Origin: Gemmatimonadales bacterium
GTDB lineage: Bacteria; Gemmatimonadota; Gemmatimonadetes; Gemmatimonadales; GWC2-71-9
Direction of reading: 5' to 3'
Assembly: GCA_041577295.1 (NCBI GenBank)
Contig: JBFGJG010000001.1
Span: forward strand, 148,117-212,116
Length of the DNA: 64,000 nt
Shown here: positions 38,153 to 48,027 of the stretch, piece by piece
How positions within the stretch are numbered: position 1 is the first letter of the stretch
Layout: each line of letters opens with the position of its first letter
Made by a program: the position numbers and the translations under genes
The notes under the pieces: model-generated
Seen by the model: the letters and a program-made list of their open reading frames with translations, nothing else
Told to the model about the DNA's origin: nothing
Databases searched by the model: none

Positions 38153-39632
38153 AGTAATCGCCGGGGTTGATTCCGTACTTCTCCGGATCCGTCACCTTGA
38201 TGATCGACCGCTTGAACGAGCCGTCCGGGGCCACGTCCGAGAGATTCACCAAGTGCCCCGGCTTGAGCATCGTTCCCTCGGGCGTGCTAATGATGCGCAC
38301 CATCGGACGGTGTAACTGGGTGAGGTCGGAGTTCGCGGCATGCACAATACCCAGCTCATATGAGTCGAGAATTACACATGTGCCTACCGGATAGACGCCG
38401 ATCAGATTGATGAGGGCCTTGACCAGCACCGGGTCGAACCCGCGACGTGGGTTCTCCCACATCTCACGCAGCACCTCGTCCGGCTGTAACGGGACCGTCT
38501 GATAGCTGCGTCGCGTGGTTGCCGCGTCAAACGCGTCCGCTACTGCCACGATCTTCGAGAATACCGACAAGCCACGAGGGCGGATCGACTTCGGGTAGCC
38601 GGTCAGGTCCACCTTCATGTGGTGCTCGTACGCGGCGATCATGGCCCGGTATGGTATCTCCCCGTAGCCACGCAGGCCGAACAGCACGAGCACCCCCAGC
38701 CACGGGTGGGCCTGCATGATTCGCCACTCCTCGTCGGTTAGGGCACCTTCTTTGGACAGAATCTCAATCGGGACGCGGCTCTTCCCCACGTCGTGGAACA
38801 GCGCCGCGAGACCCAGGTCGTATAGTTGGAGTTTGTTGAGCCCGATCCGTTTCCCGATCGACACGCTGAAGATGCACACGTTGACTGAATGCGTGAACGT
38901 ATACTCGTCGTAATCGCGGATGGTGGTGAGACCCACGAGCGACACTTCGTTCTTGAGTACCTGATCGACGATACCTTGCACGGCGCGCTTTACCTTCCTG
39001 ACGCTTGCCGTGCGGCCCATACGCACGCTGTTGATGACTTCCTTCGTTACCGCGACAGACCGTTCGTACGTGCGCTTGGCAACCTCTTTCGCCTTCTCCT
39101 CGTCCTGGAGATCCTCGTCGCTCTCGGCAGGGGGCTCCACCCCGACGTGGGTGACCCCGCCTTGCACGAGCTTCTGCTGAAGCTCGAACAGTTTGTTTGG
39201 ATCGGCCTCGCGCGCGGCGAACGACAGCAGCAACGAGATCAACACCTGCCATTCACGCCGCTCGACCTCCTCGCTGACCAAGAGCACGCCAATGTCACAC
39301 TGCCGTAGCGTCATGAGGACGTGGCTGAACGATGCGTAGTTGTCGAGGTCGAGTCGCAACCGGGTGGAGTTGACGAAAATGAACTCTCCAGAAATACGCA
39401 CTTCCAACTCGCTCTCGAGGTCGAGCAGCTTCCTCGCGGAGCCGTTCAGCTCGTCGAGCGCCCGCTGGACTTGGTCGTTTTCGACGGGGTAGAGCTTGAG
39501 GCTGCGAAGGGCAGCATAGAAGGACACGAGGAACGTACGACCGGTTTGCCGCAGGAGGCCTGCGGTCGTTCCCACCGCGTCGGTGAGCGTCGTGCGCGCT
39601 TCGCGCGTTTCCTGGTCCCCAATACTCGCCAT
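38145..39632 (-). CDS. HD-GYP domain-containing protein (putative c-di-GMP phosphodiesterase) with uncharacterised N-terminal domain
   Basis: The HD motif is 'LAALFHDVGK' and the GYP-type motif is 'YEHHMKVDLTGYPKS'. The N-terminal 140 aa or so resemble the N-terminus of the upstream HEAT protein. Confidence 0.85.
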   Translation of the reverse strand: MASIGDQETREARTTLTDAVGTTAGLLRQTGRTFLVSFYAALRSLKLYPVENDQVQRALDELNGSARKLLDLESELEVRISGEFIFVNSTRLRLDLDNYASFSHVLMTLRQCDIGVLLVSEEVERREWQVLISLLLSFAAREADPNKLFELQQKLVQGGVTHVGVEPPAESDEDLQDEEKAKEVAKRTYERSVAVTKEVINSVRMGRTASVRKVKRAVQGIVDQVLKNEVSLVGLTTIRDYDEYTFTHSVNVCIFSVSIGKRIGLNKLQLYDLGLAALFHDVGKSRVPIEILSKEGALTDEEWRIMQAHPWLGVLVLFGLRGYGEIPYRAMIAAYEHHMKVDLTGYPKSIRPRGLSVFSKIVAVADAFDAATTRRSYQTVPLQPDEVLREMWENPRRGFDPVLVKALINLIGVYPVGTCVILDSYELGIVHAANSDLTQLHRPMVRIISTPEGTMLKPGHLVNLSDVAPDGSFKRSIIKVTDPEKYGINPGDYFV

Positions 39633-39634
39633 CG

Positions 39635-41311
39635 TTACGACATCTCCCGTATGGCCCGGCCCACCGCGTTGCGCACCAACGGATCCTTATCCTGTGCAGC
39701 CGCGTTGAGAATGTCCTTCGCCTCGGGCGTGCCAATCTTGCCAAGCGCCATCGCGGCGCACGCCCGCGTCTCGGGGTCTTCTTTCCGCTTGATGAAACCC
39801 TTCGCTTTGAGCATCGACTGCAGCTTCTTGATCGCGGACGGACCCGCCAGGGTGCCGTAGGCTTCGAAGAACGCCGTCTTCTCAGTGAGGTCGGCCTGCC
39901 GTAGGCTGTTCCCGGTAATGATCGACTCAATCTTGCTGAAGCCACCGCGGTAGCCCCGGTTGGCGAACGCGCGAACCGCACCGACCCGCACATCCCGATC
40001 CTCATCCTCTACGGCGACCTCGAGTTCCTTGAGGGCTCCGGGGGAACCGATGGCAGCCAAGGCGGTGACGGCGGCGCGCCGAATCGCCGGAATTTCCCGC
40101 TTGAGCGCTCCTCCCAACGCCGGCACGACCGGCGGCAGCTTGACGTGTCCCACCACGCGGATCGCCTCGAGCACCACCGCTTCGTCGTTGGATGCGATCG
40201 CGCCCGCGAGGCGATCCGGATGCGCCGCAGCCAAACGCCTCGTGGAGTTCCCCAGGAGCTCCCGTACCCGTTGATTCGTGAGCCGAGGCAACCACGACAG
40301 AAGCGTCTCCAACGCCTCCGGCCGAAGTTCGCGAAAGAGCTCACCTAGCTCCTCTTCGGTGGGGTGGACGTGCGCTTCATCGAGTGACTGGAGCAGCTGT
40401 GCCAAGGTGTCCGACTGTGAGAGCTTGGCCGGCAGCTCTTCGAGCGTTTCCCGGTGCTCGTCCAACAACTCTCGAGCACGTTGACGCACCGCGCGAACCT
40501 CGCGCAGTACGTACGCAACCGACTGAAAGTCGCCAGCGGCGAGCAGGTACGGGATGAAATTCTCGACGATTGAGATCAGCTCGGCTCGTACTGTGGCGTA
40601 CGTCTGGAGCTCGAGCAAATCGAAGAGCATCGCGAGGACGTTGCCGCGCAGGTTCTGCGCGTACTCGCGATCGACCTCGCTCTTCAGATACTTGATCTCC
40701 TTAGGGTCGAGGAAGTAGAGCGTGGAGTCGAATTCCTCGATATCCACCAGCCCGGGCGGGCGTTGTGGCTCGGGTTGCTCCTCCACCTCACGCCGTATCT
40801 CCGCCACCGTCGCTGCTGGCGGCTCCTTGGTGGATGCCTCAATGGGATGGTGGTCGGCGCTGGTGAGGTCGACGTAGTCATACCGCACCGATTCCAGATT
40901 CGCTTCCCACAGCAGCGTCAGGAGATCGTCGTTCGACTCGGGTGGGAGGTGACGCGCCTTATTGACAACCTCGAGGAACCGGACGATCTCACCGTCCTCG
41001 ACCCCTGGCATGAGCGTGAGCGACCGGATTCCGTCTTTGTAGAGAACCCAGGCCAGGCTCTCGGACTTCGGCTGGGACAACACCGCGGCGCCATCCCACC
41101 GGAACTCCGTTTCCGCCACCTCCAGCTCCAGTTCGGCGCACTCGTCCCAAACCGGAGCGAACGCCGTAGTGACGTTGGCGAGGGCCCTCTGATAGACGGG
41201 GTTGTTCGGGAGATAGAGCTGAATCGCCCGCAAGCCCTTCGTAAACACCTGAAGGAGGTTCTCGACGGCCGCCGTTTCCTGTGGGGTGTTCGTCGTAGTC
41301 GATTCGGTCAC
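39635..41311 (-). CDS. HEAT-repeat protein with N-terminal domain paralogous to that of the adjacent HD-GYP protein
   Basis: The C-terminal HEAT-like repeats are '[14 protein letters not shown]', '[14 protein letters not shown]' and '[17 protein letters not shown]'. The GTG start forms a GTGA overlap with the trpB stop at 41308-41311. Confidence 0.7.
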   Translation of the reverse strand: MTESTTTNTPQETAAVENLLQVFTKGLRAIQLYLPNNPVYQRALANVTTAFAPVWDECAELELEVAETEFRWDGAAVLSQPKSESLAWVLYKDGIRSLTLMPGVEDGEIVRFLEVVNKARHLPPESNDDLLTLLWEANLESVRYDYVDLTSADHHPIEASTKEPPAATVAEIRREVEEQPEPQRPPGLVDIEEFDSTLYFLDPKEIKYLKSEVDREYAQNLRGNVLAMLFDLLELQTYATVRAELISIVENFIPYLLAAGDFQSVAYVLREVRAVRQRARELLDEHRETLEELPAKLSQSDTLAQLLQSLDEAHVHPTEEELGELFRELRPEALETLLSWLPRLTNQRVRELLGNSTRRLAAAHPDRLAGAIASNDEAVVLEAIRVVGHVKLPPVVPALGGALKREIPAIRRAAVTALAAIGSPGALKELEVAVEDEDRDVRVGAVRAFANRGYRGGFSKIESIITGNSLRQADLTEKTAFFEAYGTLAGPSAIKKLQSMLKAKGFIKRKEDPETRACAAMALGKIGTPEAKDILNAAAQDKDPLVRNAVGRAIREMS

Positions 41312-42504
41312 TCAGCTTTCCCCGTGAGCGCCGCGATGTGGGCCACATCCTTGTCACCGCGGCCGCTCACGTTGACCACGATGACGTCACCTTCGAGCGA
41401 GCCGGATGGCTCGAGCAACCATGCCACCGCGTGTGCGCTCTCCAACGCGGGCAGGATGCCCTCCAGTCGCGCGAGCGTCGCGAAGGCTTCGAGCGCAGCG
41501 CTGTCCGAGACAGATTCGTACCGCACTCGACCCGTTTCGCGTAGATACGCATGTTCGGGACCGACCGCAGGGTAGTCAAGCCCCGCAGACACCGAATGCG
41601 CCGGTTCAACCTGCCCGTCAGCATCTTGGAGCAGGTAGGTGTAGCACCCGTGCAAGACGCCCGGCCGGCCCCGCGCCAATGAGGCGGCGTGGCGGCCCGG
41701 ACCGGGACCCTCACCTCCGGCCTCGACCCCAACCAGCGCCACCGAGGGGTCCTCGAGAAACGCGCGGAAGATCCCAATGGCGTTGGACCCGCCCCCGACG
41801 CAGGCAACCACCATGTCCGGGGCCCCACCGGTCCTCTCCGCCACCTGGGTCCGGGTCTCGCAGCCGATCACGCTCTGAAAATCCCCCACCATTCTAGGAA
41901 AAGGATCCGGACCGACTGCGGAACCGATCACATAATGTGTGGTCGGAACCGTCGTGACCCAGTCCCGGAGGGCCTCGTTGGTCGCATCCTTGAGGGTCCG
42001 GCGCCCGGCTGTGACCGGAACCACACGGGCACCTAACAGCTCCATGCGAAACACGTTGAGCCGTTGGCGCTCCATGTCGGCGGACCCCATATAGACAACA
42101 CACTCGAGCCCCAGGTGAGCGCACGCGGTGGCGGTCGCCACACCGTGCTGACCTGCCCCAGTTTCGGCAATGACGCGTCGCTTGCCGATCCGACGAGCCA
42201 GCAACGCCTGGCCAAGCGTGTTGTTGATCTTGTGGGCACCGGTGTGCGCCAGATCCTCTCGCTTGAGCAGGACCCGAGCGCCCAATCGTTCCGACAGCCG
42301 TGGGGCCTCCGAAAGCGGGGTCGGTCGCCCCGCGAACGTCCGGAGAAGCTCTCCCAGCTCGGCTCGAAAAGCGGGATCGTGTGCGGCCTCGTCGTACGCG
42401 TGAGCTAACTCATCCAGCGCCGGGATGAGGGTCTCGGGCACGTAACGACCGCCAAACGGCCCGAACCGGCCGCCTTTCACGGCGGGTGACGCAATGGCGG
42501 TCAC
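41308..42504 (-). CDS. trpB: tryptophan synthase beta chain
   Basis: It has '[15 protein letters not shown]', the PLP lysine region '[16 protein letters not shown]' and 'GGGSNAIG'. The GTG at 42504 forms a GTGA overlap with the trpC stop. Confidence 0.95.
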   Translation of the reverse strand: MTAIASPAVKGGRFGPFGGRYVPETLIPALDELAHAYDEAAHDPAFRAELGELLRTFAGRPTPLSEAPRLSERLGARVLLKREDLAHTGAHKINNTLGQALLARRIGKRRVIAETGAGQHGVATATACAHLGLECVVYMGSADMERQRLNVFRMELLGARVVPVTAGRRTLKDATNEALRDWVTTVPTTHYVIGSAVGPDPFPRMVGDFQSVIGCETRTQVAERTGGAPDMVVACVGGGSNAIGIFRAFLEDPSVALVGVEAGGEGPGPGRHAASLARGRPGVLHGCYTYLLQDADGQVEPAHSVSAGLDYPAVGPEHAYLRETGRVRYESVSDSAALEAFATLARLEGILPALESAHAVAWLLEPSGSLEGDVIVVNVSGRGDKDVAHIAALTGKAE

Positions 42505-43310
42505 GCGCTGACGTTTCGCCGCGACCGGCCATGGCGCGGCACGCCCGACAGCAGGCGGACTGCCCGCTCGGGATGAGGCGCCCTGGACAGCACCGTGCCG
42601 ATCAGCACGGCATCCGCTCCCCACCCGGCCACGCGTTCGACGTCCGCTCGCCCGGCGAGTCCGCTTTCCGCCACGGCGACGATGTCCGCCGGCACTTGTG
42701 GAAGGAGTCGATGGTGGGTGACCGGGTGCACCACGAGGGACGCGAGATCGCGGCTGTTGATGCCAACGGTTTGGGGCTCGAGTGACAAGGCAATGCGAAG
42801 CTCTCGTTCGTCATGCACCTCAATGAGCTGCCCGAGGCCCAGCTCCCGGGCCACGCCTACCAACTCGCCGAGACGGGATTCCGTGAGCGCACGGACAATC
42901 AGCAGTATGGCGCTCGCGCCCACCGCGCGGGCCTCGACGATCTGGACTGGATCGAGAATGAAATCCTTTCGCAGGACCGGTAGCGATGCGCCTGCGCGCA
43001 CGGCGATGATGTCTTGGACGGAGCCGCCAAAGTGATGCCGTTCGGTGAGCACCGAGATCGCACGCGCTCCCCCAGCAGCATACGCCGTCGCCTGCTGGCG
43101 TGGGTCGAGCGTCTCGGCGATCACCCCCTGCGACGGCGAGCGTCGCTTGACCTCCGCTATCACTGCGACCTCTTCGCCCGCGAATGCGCTCAGCCACGGC
43201 ACGGGTGCCGGGGCCTCCCGGGCCGCCCGTTCCAGTATCGAGCGGCGGGTGCGCAGCTGCTCCACAACTTGACGCGTTTCCTCTAGAATCGCGCTCAACC
43301 CAGCCGTCAT
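42501..43310 (-). CDS. trpC: indole-3-glycerol phosphate synthase
   Basis: It has '[13 protein letters not shown]', 'ISVLTE..HFGG' and 'LRKDFI'. Confidence 0.9.
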   Translation of the reverse strand: MTAGLSAILEETRQVVEQLRTRRSILERAAREAPAPVPWLSAFAGEEVAVIAEVKRRSPSQGVIAETLDPRQQATAYAAGGARAISVLTERHHFGGSVQDIIAVRAGASLPVLRKDFILDPVQIVEARAVGASAILLIVRALTESRLGELVGVARELGLGQLIEVHDERELRIALSLEPQTVGINSRDLASLVVHPVTHHRLLPQVPADIVAVAESGLAGRADVERVAGWGADAVLIGTVLSRAPHPERAVRLLSGVPRHGRSRRNVSA

Positions 43311-43386
43311 TCCAGTCCCTTGCGCTTCGGTCTGTATTCGGGTATTTTCACTTCGGAGTTCTTTCGGTTTCCTCGGAGCGTGGCCA

Positions 43387-43995
43387 ATGCCGCTGACGCG
43401 CAGACAAAAACAGATTCTGGATTACCTGCAAAGCTACATTCAGGATCAGGGCTTCGCGCCGTCCTTCGAGGAGATCGCGGAGCATTTTTCCTTCGCCTCG
43501 CTCGCCACCGTGCATGAGCATCTCACCAATCTCCAGCGAAAAGGCTACATCCGGCGTGGCTACAACGAGAGCCGCTCCATAGAGCTCGTCCCACCCGCGG
43601 GCCAGTCCGGAGCCACGGAGCTTCCGTTGCTGGGAGAGGTGGCGGCCGGTGAACCGATCGAGGCGGTCACGTCACCAGAGACCATTGCGGTCCCGAACGA
43701 TCTGATCCCACGGCGCGGCAGCGCCTATGTGCTGCGCGTGCGGGGGAATTCAATGATCGACGAGCATATCCAAGACGGTGATTGTGTCGTGGTGCAGGGA
43801 CGCGATTCCGCCAACAACGGTGAGATGGTGATCGCTTTGGTCGATGGGACTTCGGCCACCGTCAAGCGCCTGTTTCGCGAAGCTGGCGGGTGGATCAGGC
43901 TACAGCCTGCGAACGATCAGATCGCACCCCTCCGCGTTCATGAGGACAACATCCTCATCCAGGGCGTGGTGGTTGGAGTGATTCGGAAGTACTGA
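43387..43995 (+). CDS. lexA: LexA repressor (S24 peptidase)
   Basis: It has the N-terminal wHTH 'LTRRQKQILDYLQSYIQDQGFAPSFEEIAEHF', the catalytic Ser in 'VRGNSMID' and Lys in 'ATVKRL'. Confidence 0.9.
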   Translation: MPLTRRQKQILDYLQSYIQDQGFAPSFEEIAEHFSFASLATVHEHLTNLQRKGYIRRGYNESRSIELVPPAGQSGATELPLLGEVAAGEPIEAVTSPETIAVPNDLIPRRGSAYVLRVRGNSMIDEHIQDGDCVVVQGRDSANNGEMVIALVDGTSATVKRLFREAGGWIRLQPANDQIAPLRVHEDNILIQGVVVGVIRKY

Positions 43996-45031
43996 GCGGC
44001 GTCTCGGCCCTCAGCCGCTCCAACGGACCCGCTCCCTCACCAGCCTCGAGAAGAGACACGGCGCGCGCCATCGCTTCATCCAGCGTAGCAGATACCCCTG
44101 CAACGTACAGCGCCGCTCCAGCATTCAAGCCGACGGCATTCCGCCCCGCCTGGTCGGCGCCGGCGTCGTGAAGCAGCCGCTCCACGCGGGACGCGTTCTC
44201 CTCCGGGGTGCCCCCTGCCAACGCCTCAATCGAGTCGCCGGCCAATCCGTAGGCTGATGGGTCGATGACCAGTGTTCGCACCCGGCCCTCGCGGATCTCC
44301 CATGCATCGGTCAGCCCAACGGGCGAGATCTCGTCCATTCCGACACGCGCGTGAACCACCAGTGCGTGCTGGCCGTCCAAGCGTGCGAGGACCCTGGCGA
44401 CCAGTGGAGCCCGCGACGCGTCCCACACGCCGATGACCTGCCGCTGCGTCCCGGCTGGGTTTGCCAGCGGGCCGATGAGGTTCATGATGGTCGGCACCGC
44501 GAGCTGGCGTCGGACAGGGGTGATCGGCGCCGTCGCGGGGTGAAATGCGGGCGCGAATAGGAACGCCATACCGACCGAGGACAGCAACTCCGCCGCGCGT
44601 GTGGGGTCGACGCTGATAGCCACCCCCAAGGCCTCGAGCAAGTCCGCCGAGCCGCACTTCGACGTGTACGAGCGATTGCCGTGTTTGGCCACCGCGGCCC
44701 CGCCGGCCACCGCGACGAAGGCCGCAGCGGTCGACACGTTGAACGTGGAGACGGTTCCACCACCCGTACCGCACGTGTCGATGGGGTGCATTCCCTCCGC
44801 GACCGGCACGCGCACCATGGCGCCGCGCAGCGCGCGAACGATCCCGACCACCTCGTCCTCCCGCTCCCCACGCGCCCGGAGGCCCATCAGCAATCCCGCA
44901 ATCTGGGCGGCACTCGCCTCGCCTCGCATGACCTCACTGAACGCATCGCTGGCCAACGTCTCACCGAGAGGGGTACCCTCGGCCAACGCCTGGAGTGCGC
45001 GCGCGACTGCGGTGCGAAGTGGCGTGGTCAT
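43955..45031 (-). CDS. trpD: anthranilate phosphoribosyltransferase
   Basis: It has 'DTCGTGGG' and 'KHGNRSYTSKCGSADLLEALG'. The ATG is at 45031; the ORF-track TTG at 45079 is less likely. The 3' end overlaps the convergent lexA by 41 nt. Confidence 0.9.
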   Translation of the reverse strand: MTTPLRTAVARALQALAEGTPLGETLASDAFSEVMRGEASAAQIAGLLMGLRARGEREDEVVGIVRALRGAMVRVPVAEGMHPIDTCGTGGGTVSTFNVSTAAAFVAVAGGAAVAKHGNRSYTSKCGSADLLEALGVAISVDPTRAAELLSSVGMAFLFAPAFHPATAPITPVRRQLAVPTIMNLIGPLANPAGTQRQVIGVWDASRAPLVARVLARLDGQHALVVHARVGMDEISPVGLTDAWEIREGRVRTLVIDPSAYGLAGDSIEALAGGTPEENASRVERLLHDAGADQAGRNAVGLNAGAALYVAGVSATLDEAMARAVSLLEAGEGAGPLERLRAETPLSTSESLQPPRPG

Positions 45032-45068
45032 AGAAAAACGTGGTGCGAGTGCGGTAGTGGAGCGTCCG

Positions 45069-45098
45069 AAAATGCCCAAGCACCCGGCTCATTGTCAA
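45069..45098 (-). promoter_or_regulatory. candidate sigma70-type promoter for trpD
   Basis: On the minus strand, TTGACA (45098-45093), an 18-nt spacer and CATTTT (45074-45069) lie about 40 nt upstream of the trpD ATG. The consensus for this lineage is unknown. Confidence 0.25.
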
Positions 45099-45161
45099 AC
45101 GCTGCAAGTGATTGTTTTGCTTGCTGGTACGTGAGGATGGGTCGTATCTTCCTCACGCCGC

Positions 45162-45935
45162 ATGTCCCACCATTACTACGCCGTCCTGCACTACGCGGGG
45201 GCCGGCTTCGCTGGCTGGCAGCGCCAGCCCAATCAGCGTACCGTGCAGGGCACGTTCGAAAGCGTGCTCGAGCGTCTGCTCGATCGCCGCGTTCCCACTC
45301 ATGCCGCCGGCCGTACGGACGCCGGCGTTCACGCGCTCGGTCAGGTAGTGAGTTTCCGTTTACCAAAACCTTGGGAGCTCGCCACCCTGCTCCGTGCGCT
45401 TCGCGCGCTGTCGCCACGGGACGTGTGGGTGTCGCGCCTGGGAGCAGCGCCCGCCGGCTTTCATGCGCGAAGGGACGCGCTGTCACGCCGGTACCGCTAC
45501 GTCATCGGCTGCGATCCACACTCCGCTTCACCCTTTCGCCGACCGTGGGAGTGGGCCCTTGGCCTGCCCCTCGAGGGTGAGCTGCTCGCGCGAGCCGCCA
45601 CTCAGCTTTTGGGCGAGCACGATTTTCGTGCACTCAGTAGTGTGGGCCAAAAAAAAGCTCATTATCGCTGCCGCGTGTCCGTGTCCGAATGGCACGCGCG
45701 TTCGGACGATGAAGGTTTTATCTTTACCATCGAAGCGGATCGTTTTCTCCACCGTATGGTGCGTTTTCTCATTGGGCTCATGGCGGACGTGGGACGCGGG
45801 CGACGGCCCGTAAGCGACGTGGCGCTGCTGTTGGAGAGCACGTCGAACCACGGCGCCAGTCCCCCTGCACCACCACAAGGACTCTACTTCGTGGGAGCAC
45901 GCTACCCACACCTCGACGAGGGCATCGACCGATGA
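45162..45935 (+). CDS. truA: tRNA pseudouridine(38-40) synthase TruA
   Basis: It has '[14 protein letters not shown]' and the catalytic Asp in '[10 protein letters not shown]'. Confidence 0.9.
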   Translation: MSHHYYAVLHYAGAGFAGWQRQPNQRTVQGTFESVLERLLDRRVPTHAAGRTDAGVHALGQVVSFRLPKPWELATLLRALRALSPRDVWVSRLGAAPAGFHARRDALSRRYRYVIGCDPHSASPFRRPWEWALGLPLEGELLARAATQLLGEHDFRALSSVGQKKAHYRCRVSVSEWHARSDDEGFIFTIEADRFLHRMVRFLIGLMADVGRGRRPVSDVALLLESTSNHGASPPAPPQGLYFVGARYPHLDEGIDR

Positions 45936-46600
45936 AATTCTTTCTCGACACTGCGGATCTGAGTGACATCCGATGGGCAGCTCAGGCAGGACTCATCGAC
46001 GGTGTGACGACCAATCCCACGCTGCTCTCGAAGGTCGCGCGCGACCTCGAGCCCCGAGACGTGTTAAAGGAGATCTGCTCCTTGGTCGACGGTCCTGTGA
46101 GCGCCGAGGTGGTCGCGGTCGACGCTGACAAGATGTACGCGGAAGGACGCGAGCTGGCCAAGATCGCTGACAACGTCGTGGTCAAGATTCCCATGCTCGA
46201 AGACGGGCTGGTGGCCGTGCGGCGGCTCACTGTGGAGGGGATCAAGGTGAACGTCACACTAGCGTTTAGCTCGGTGCAGTGTCTGCTGGCGGCGAAAGCC
46301 GGCGCGACGTACATCTCGCCCTTTCTCGGTCGGCTGGACGACATTGGTCATGAGGGCATGGAGGTCGTACGCGAAGCGCGGATTATTTACGACAACTACG
46401 GCTACGAAACGGCTATCCTCGCCGCCTCGATCCGTCACCCACGCCACGTGGCGGAGGCGGCCATGCTCGGAGCCGATGTGGCCACCATGCCTACGGCCAC
46501 ACTCAAAAAACTCATCCTCCACCCCCTCACCGATCGCGGCCTCGACCAATTCCTCAACGATTGGAGCAAGATCGCGTCGCGGTCCAAGGTCGGCGCTTGA
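45932..46600 (+). CDS. fructose-6-phosphate aldolase / transaldolase (short type 3B)
   Basis: It has '[13 protein letters not shown]', 'GVTTNPTL' and the Schiff-base Lys in 'VVVKIP', and is 222 aa. Confidence 0.9.
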   Translation: MKFFLDTADLSDIRWAAQAGLIDGVTTNPTLLSKVARDLEPRDVLKEICSLVDGPVSAEVVAVDADKMYAEGRELAKIADNVVVKIPMLEDGLVAVRRLTVEGIKVNVTLAFSSVQCLLAAKAGATYISPFLGRLDDIGHEGMEVVREARIIYDNYGYETAILAASIRHPRHVAEAAMLGADVATMPTATLKKLILHPLTDRGLDQFLNDWSKIASRSKVGA

Positions 46601-48027
46601 GAGCAGTCGCATCACTCGCGTTCATCGCGGTAGTGGCGTGCGGAAACGCCACTCCCCAGACGCGCCCCGCGGAGGCCTCCCCACCGTCGGAGGTCGCGCG
46701 ACCCCCCGCGCAAGCGGCCAGCCGACAGGCGGTCAACGACAGCCTCACGCGGTCGCGGCATTCTGCCATCGTGGAGGCCGCCGCCCGCGTCGCACCGGCC
46801 GTCGTGAGCGTTAACGTCGTCCGGCGGGAGCGGCGCATCGCACGCTCGGCGTGGGACCTGTTCTTCGTTCCACGCGGATACGAGCGCTTAGTGGAGGGCA
46901 TGGGATCGGGGTTCCTCGTGACGGATGACGGCGTCATCATCACCAACCAACACGTGACCGCTGGTGCCGAACGGATCGTCGTCACGATGCGTGACGGGAC
47001 GGATGCCGATGCGGAGTTGCTCGGCCAAGATCCCCTCACCGACATCGCGGTGCTCAAGATCGAAGGCACCAACCTGCCAACGGCCCCGCTTGGTTCGAGC
47101 CGCGACCTGCTAATCGGAGAGTGGGTCGTGGCGATCGGGAATCCATACGGGTATCTGTTGGGCAACAGCGAACCCTCAGTGACGGCGGGAGTGGTCAGCG
47201 CGGTGGGGCGCAACCTTTTGCCCGGCGGCGAGGATTCGCGCGTATACGTGCGCATGATTCAGACGGACGCGGCGATCAATCCTGGCAACAGCGGGGGACC
47301 ACTCGTCAACGCGCTGGGTGAGGTGGTCGGCGTCAACGCATCGATCTTTACCGAGAGCGGGGGCTCGGTGGGGATCGGGTTTGCAATACCGATCGAGCGC
47401 GCCCTGCGCGTCGCTCAGGAACTCCAAGCCCACGGCACCGTGCGACGCGCGTGGGTCGGACTGGATGTGGCGGGCATGACGGACACGCGGGATTGGAAGC
47501 GGCGTGGCGGCGTGCCAGTCACCGATGTGGCCCCGGGCGGTCCCGCCGCCCGTGTCGGCATTCGCGCCGGTGACGTACTCGTCCGGGCCAGCGATTACCG
47601 GCTCCACACGTTCCTCGACTGGGAGGCGGTCAAGCTCGACGTCGGGCCCGGTGATCGTTTGCATGTGACCTACGAGCGGAGCGGTCGGGAGCGGACGGTA
47701 ACGCTCGCTGTGGAAGAGCTACCTACGAGCGTCGCGGAGAAGCTCACGGTCCTTGGCGACGTGCAACTCGTGACGGTCACCGCAGCCATTCGGCAAGAGC
47801 GTAGCCTCCGCCAAGAGCATGGTGTGCTCGTCTACGACGTGGGTGAGGCCACACAACGGAACACCGGACTCCGTCCTGGCGACGTGATCTTTCAGATAAA
47901 TCGCGAGCGCATCACCACGGCAGAGGAGGCCCGCGCGGCTTTTCGATCGGCCGCCGGGCGCGGAGCCGTGCGCGTGTACCTCGAGCGCGGTGGGACCCTC
48001 GGGTTCACCGACTTCCGGATCCGGTGA
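46561..48027 (+). CDS. HtrA/DegP-family trypsin-like serine protease with PDZ domain
   Basis: The triad is 'ITNQHV', 'DIAVLKI' and 'GNSGGPLVN', followed by a C-terminal PDZ-like region. The start is uncertain; the TTG at 46597 would form a TTGA overlap with the upstream stop. Confidence 0.85.
   Translation: MEQDRVAVQGRRLRAVASLAFIAVVACGNATPQTRPAEASPPSEVARPPAQAASRQAVNDSLTRSRHSAIVEAAARVAPAVVSVNVVRRERRIARSAWDLFFVPRGYERLVEGMGSGFLVTDDGVIITNQHVTAGAERIVVTMRDGTDADAELLGQDPLTDIAVLKIEGTNLPTAPLGSSRDLLIGEWVVAIGNPYGYLLGNSEPSVTAGVVSAVGRNLLPGGEDSRVYVRMIQTDAAINPGNSGGPLVNALGEVVGVNASIFTESGGSVGIGFAIPIERALRVAQELQAHGTVRRAWVGLDVAGMTDTRDWKRRGGVPVTDVAPGGPAARVGIRAGDVLVRASDYRLHTFLDWEAVKLDVGPGDRLHVTYERSGRERTVTLAVEELPTSVAEKLTVLGDVQLVTVTAAIRQERSLRQEHGVLVYDVGEATQRNTGLRPGDVIFQINRERITTAEEARAAFRSAAGRGAVRVYLERGGTLGFTDFRIR

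Noticed and set aside
43311-43386. A canonical SOS box (CTGT-N8-ACAG, or GAAC-N4-GTTC) upstream of lexA.
   Set aside because: 'CTGTATTCGGGTATTTTCAC' begins like an E. coli box but lacks the ACAG arm. No GAAC half-site is present. Only the TTCGG periodic repeat is reported, as a hypothesis.
45032-45161. Possible trp attenuator or leader peptide upstream of trpD, and an 8-bp hairpin CGTGAGGA...TCCTCACG (45130-45157) just before truA.
   Set aside because: There is no short leader ORF with tandem Trp codons on the trpD strand. There is no alternative terminator/antiterminator pairing with a U-tract. The hairpin alone is insufficient, and it lies upstream of my candidate trpD promoter. I kept only a low-confidence promoter call.
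45640-45660. Homopolymer tracts inside genes: A8 in truA (about 45650), G8 on the coding strand at the mgtE 3' end (21591-21598) and G8 in the AtuA partner gene (10975-10982). These could be phase-variation or slippage sites.
   Set aside because: All reading frames are intact through the tracts. The encoded residues (KK, GG, GGG) fit the proteins. None of these families is known for programmed slippage. They are worth remembering only as error-prone positions for sequencing.
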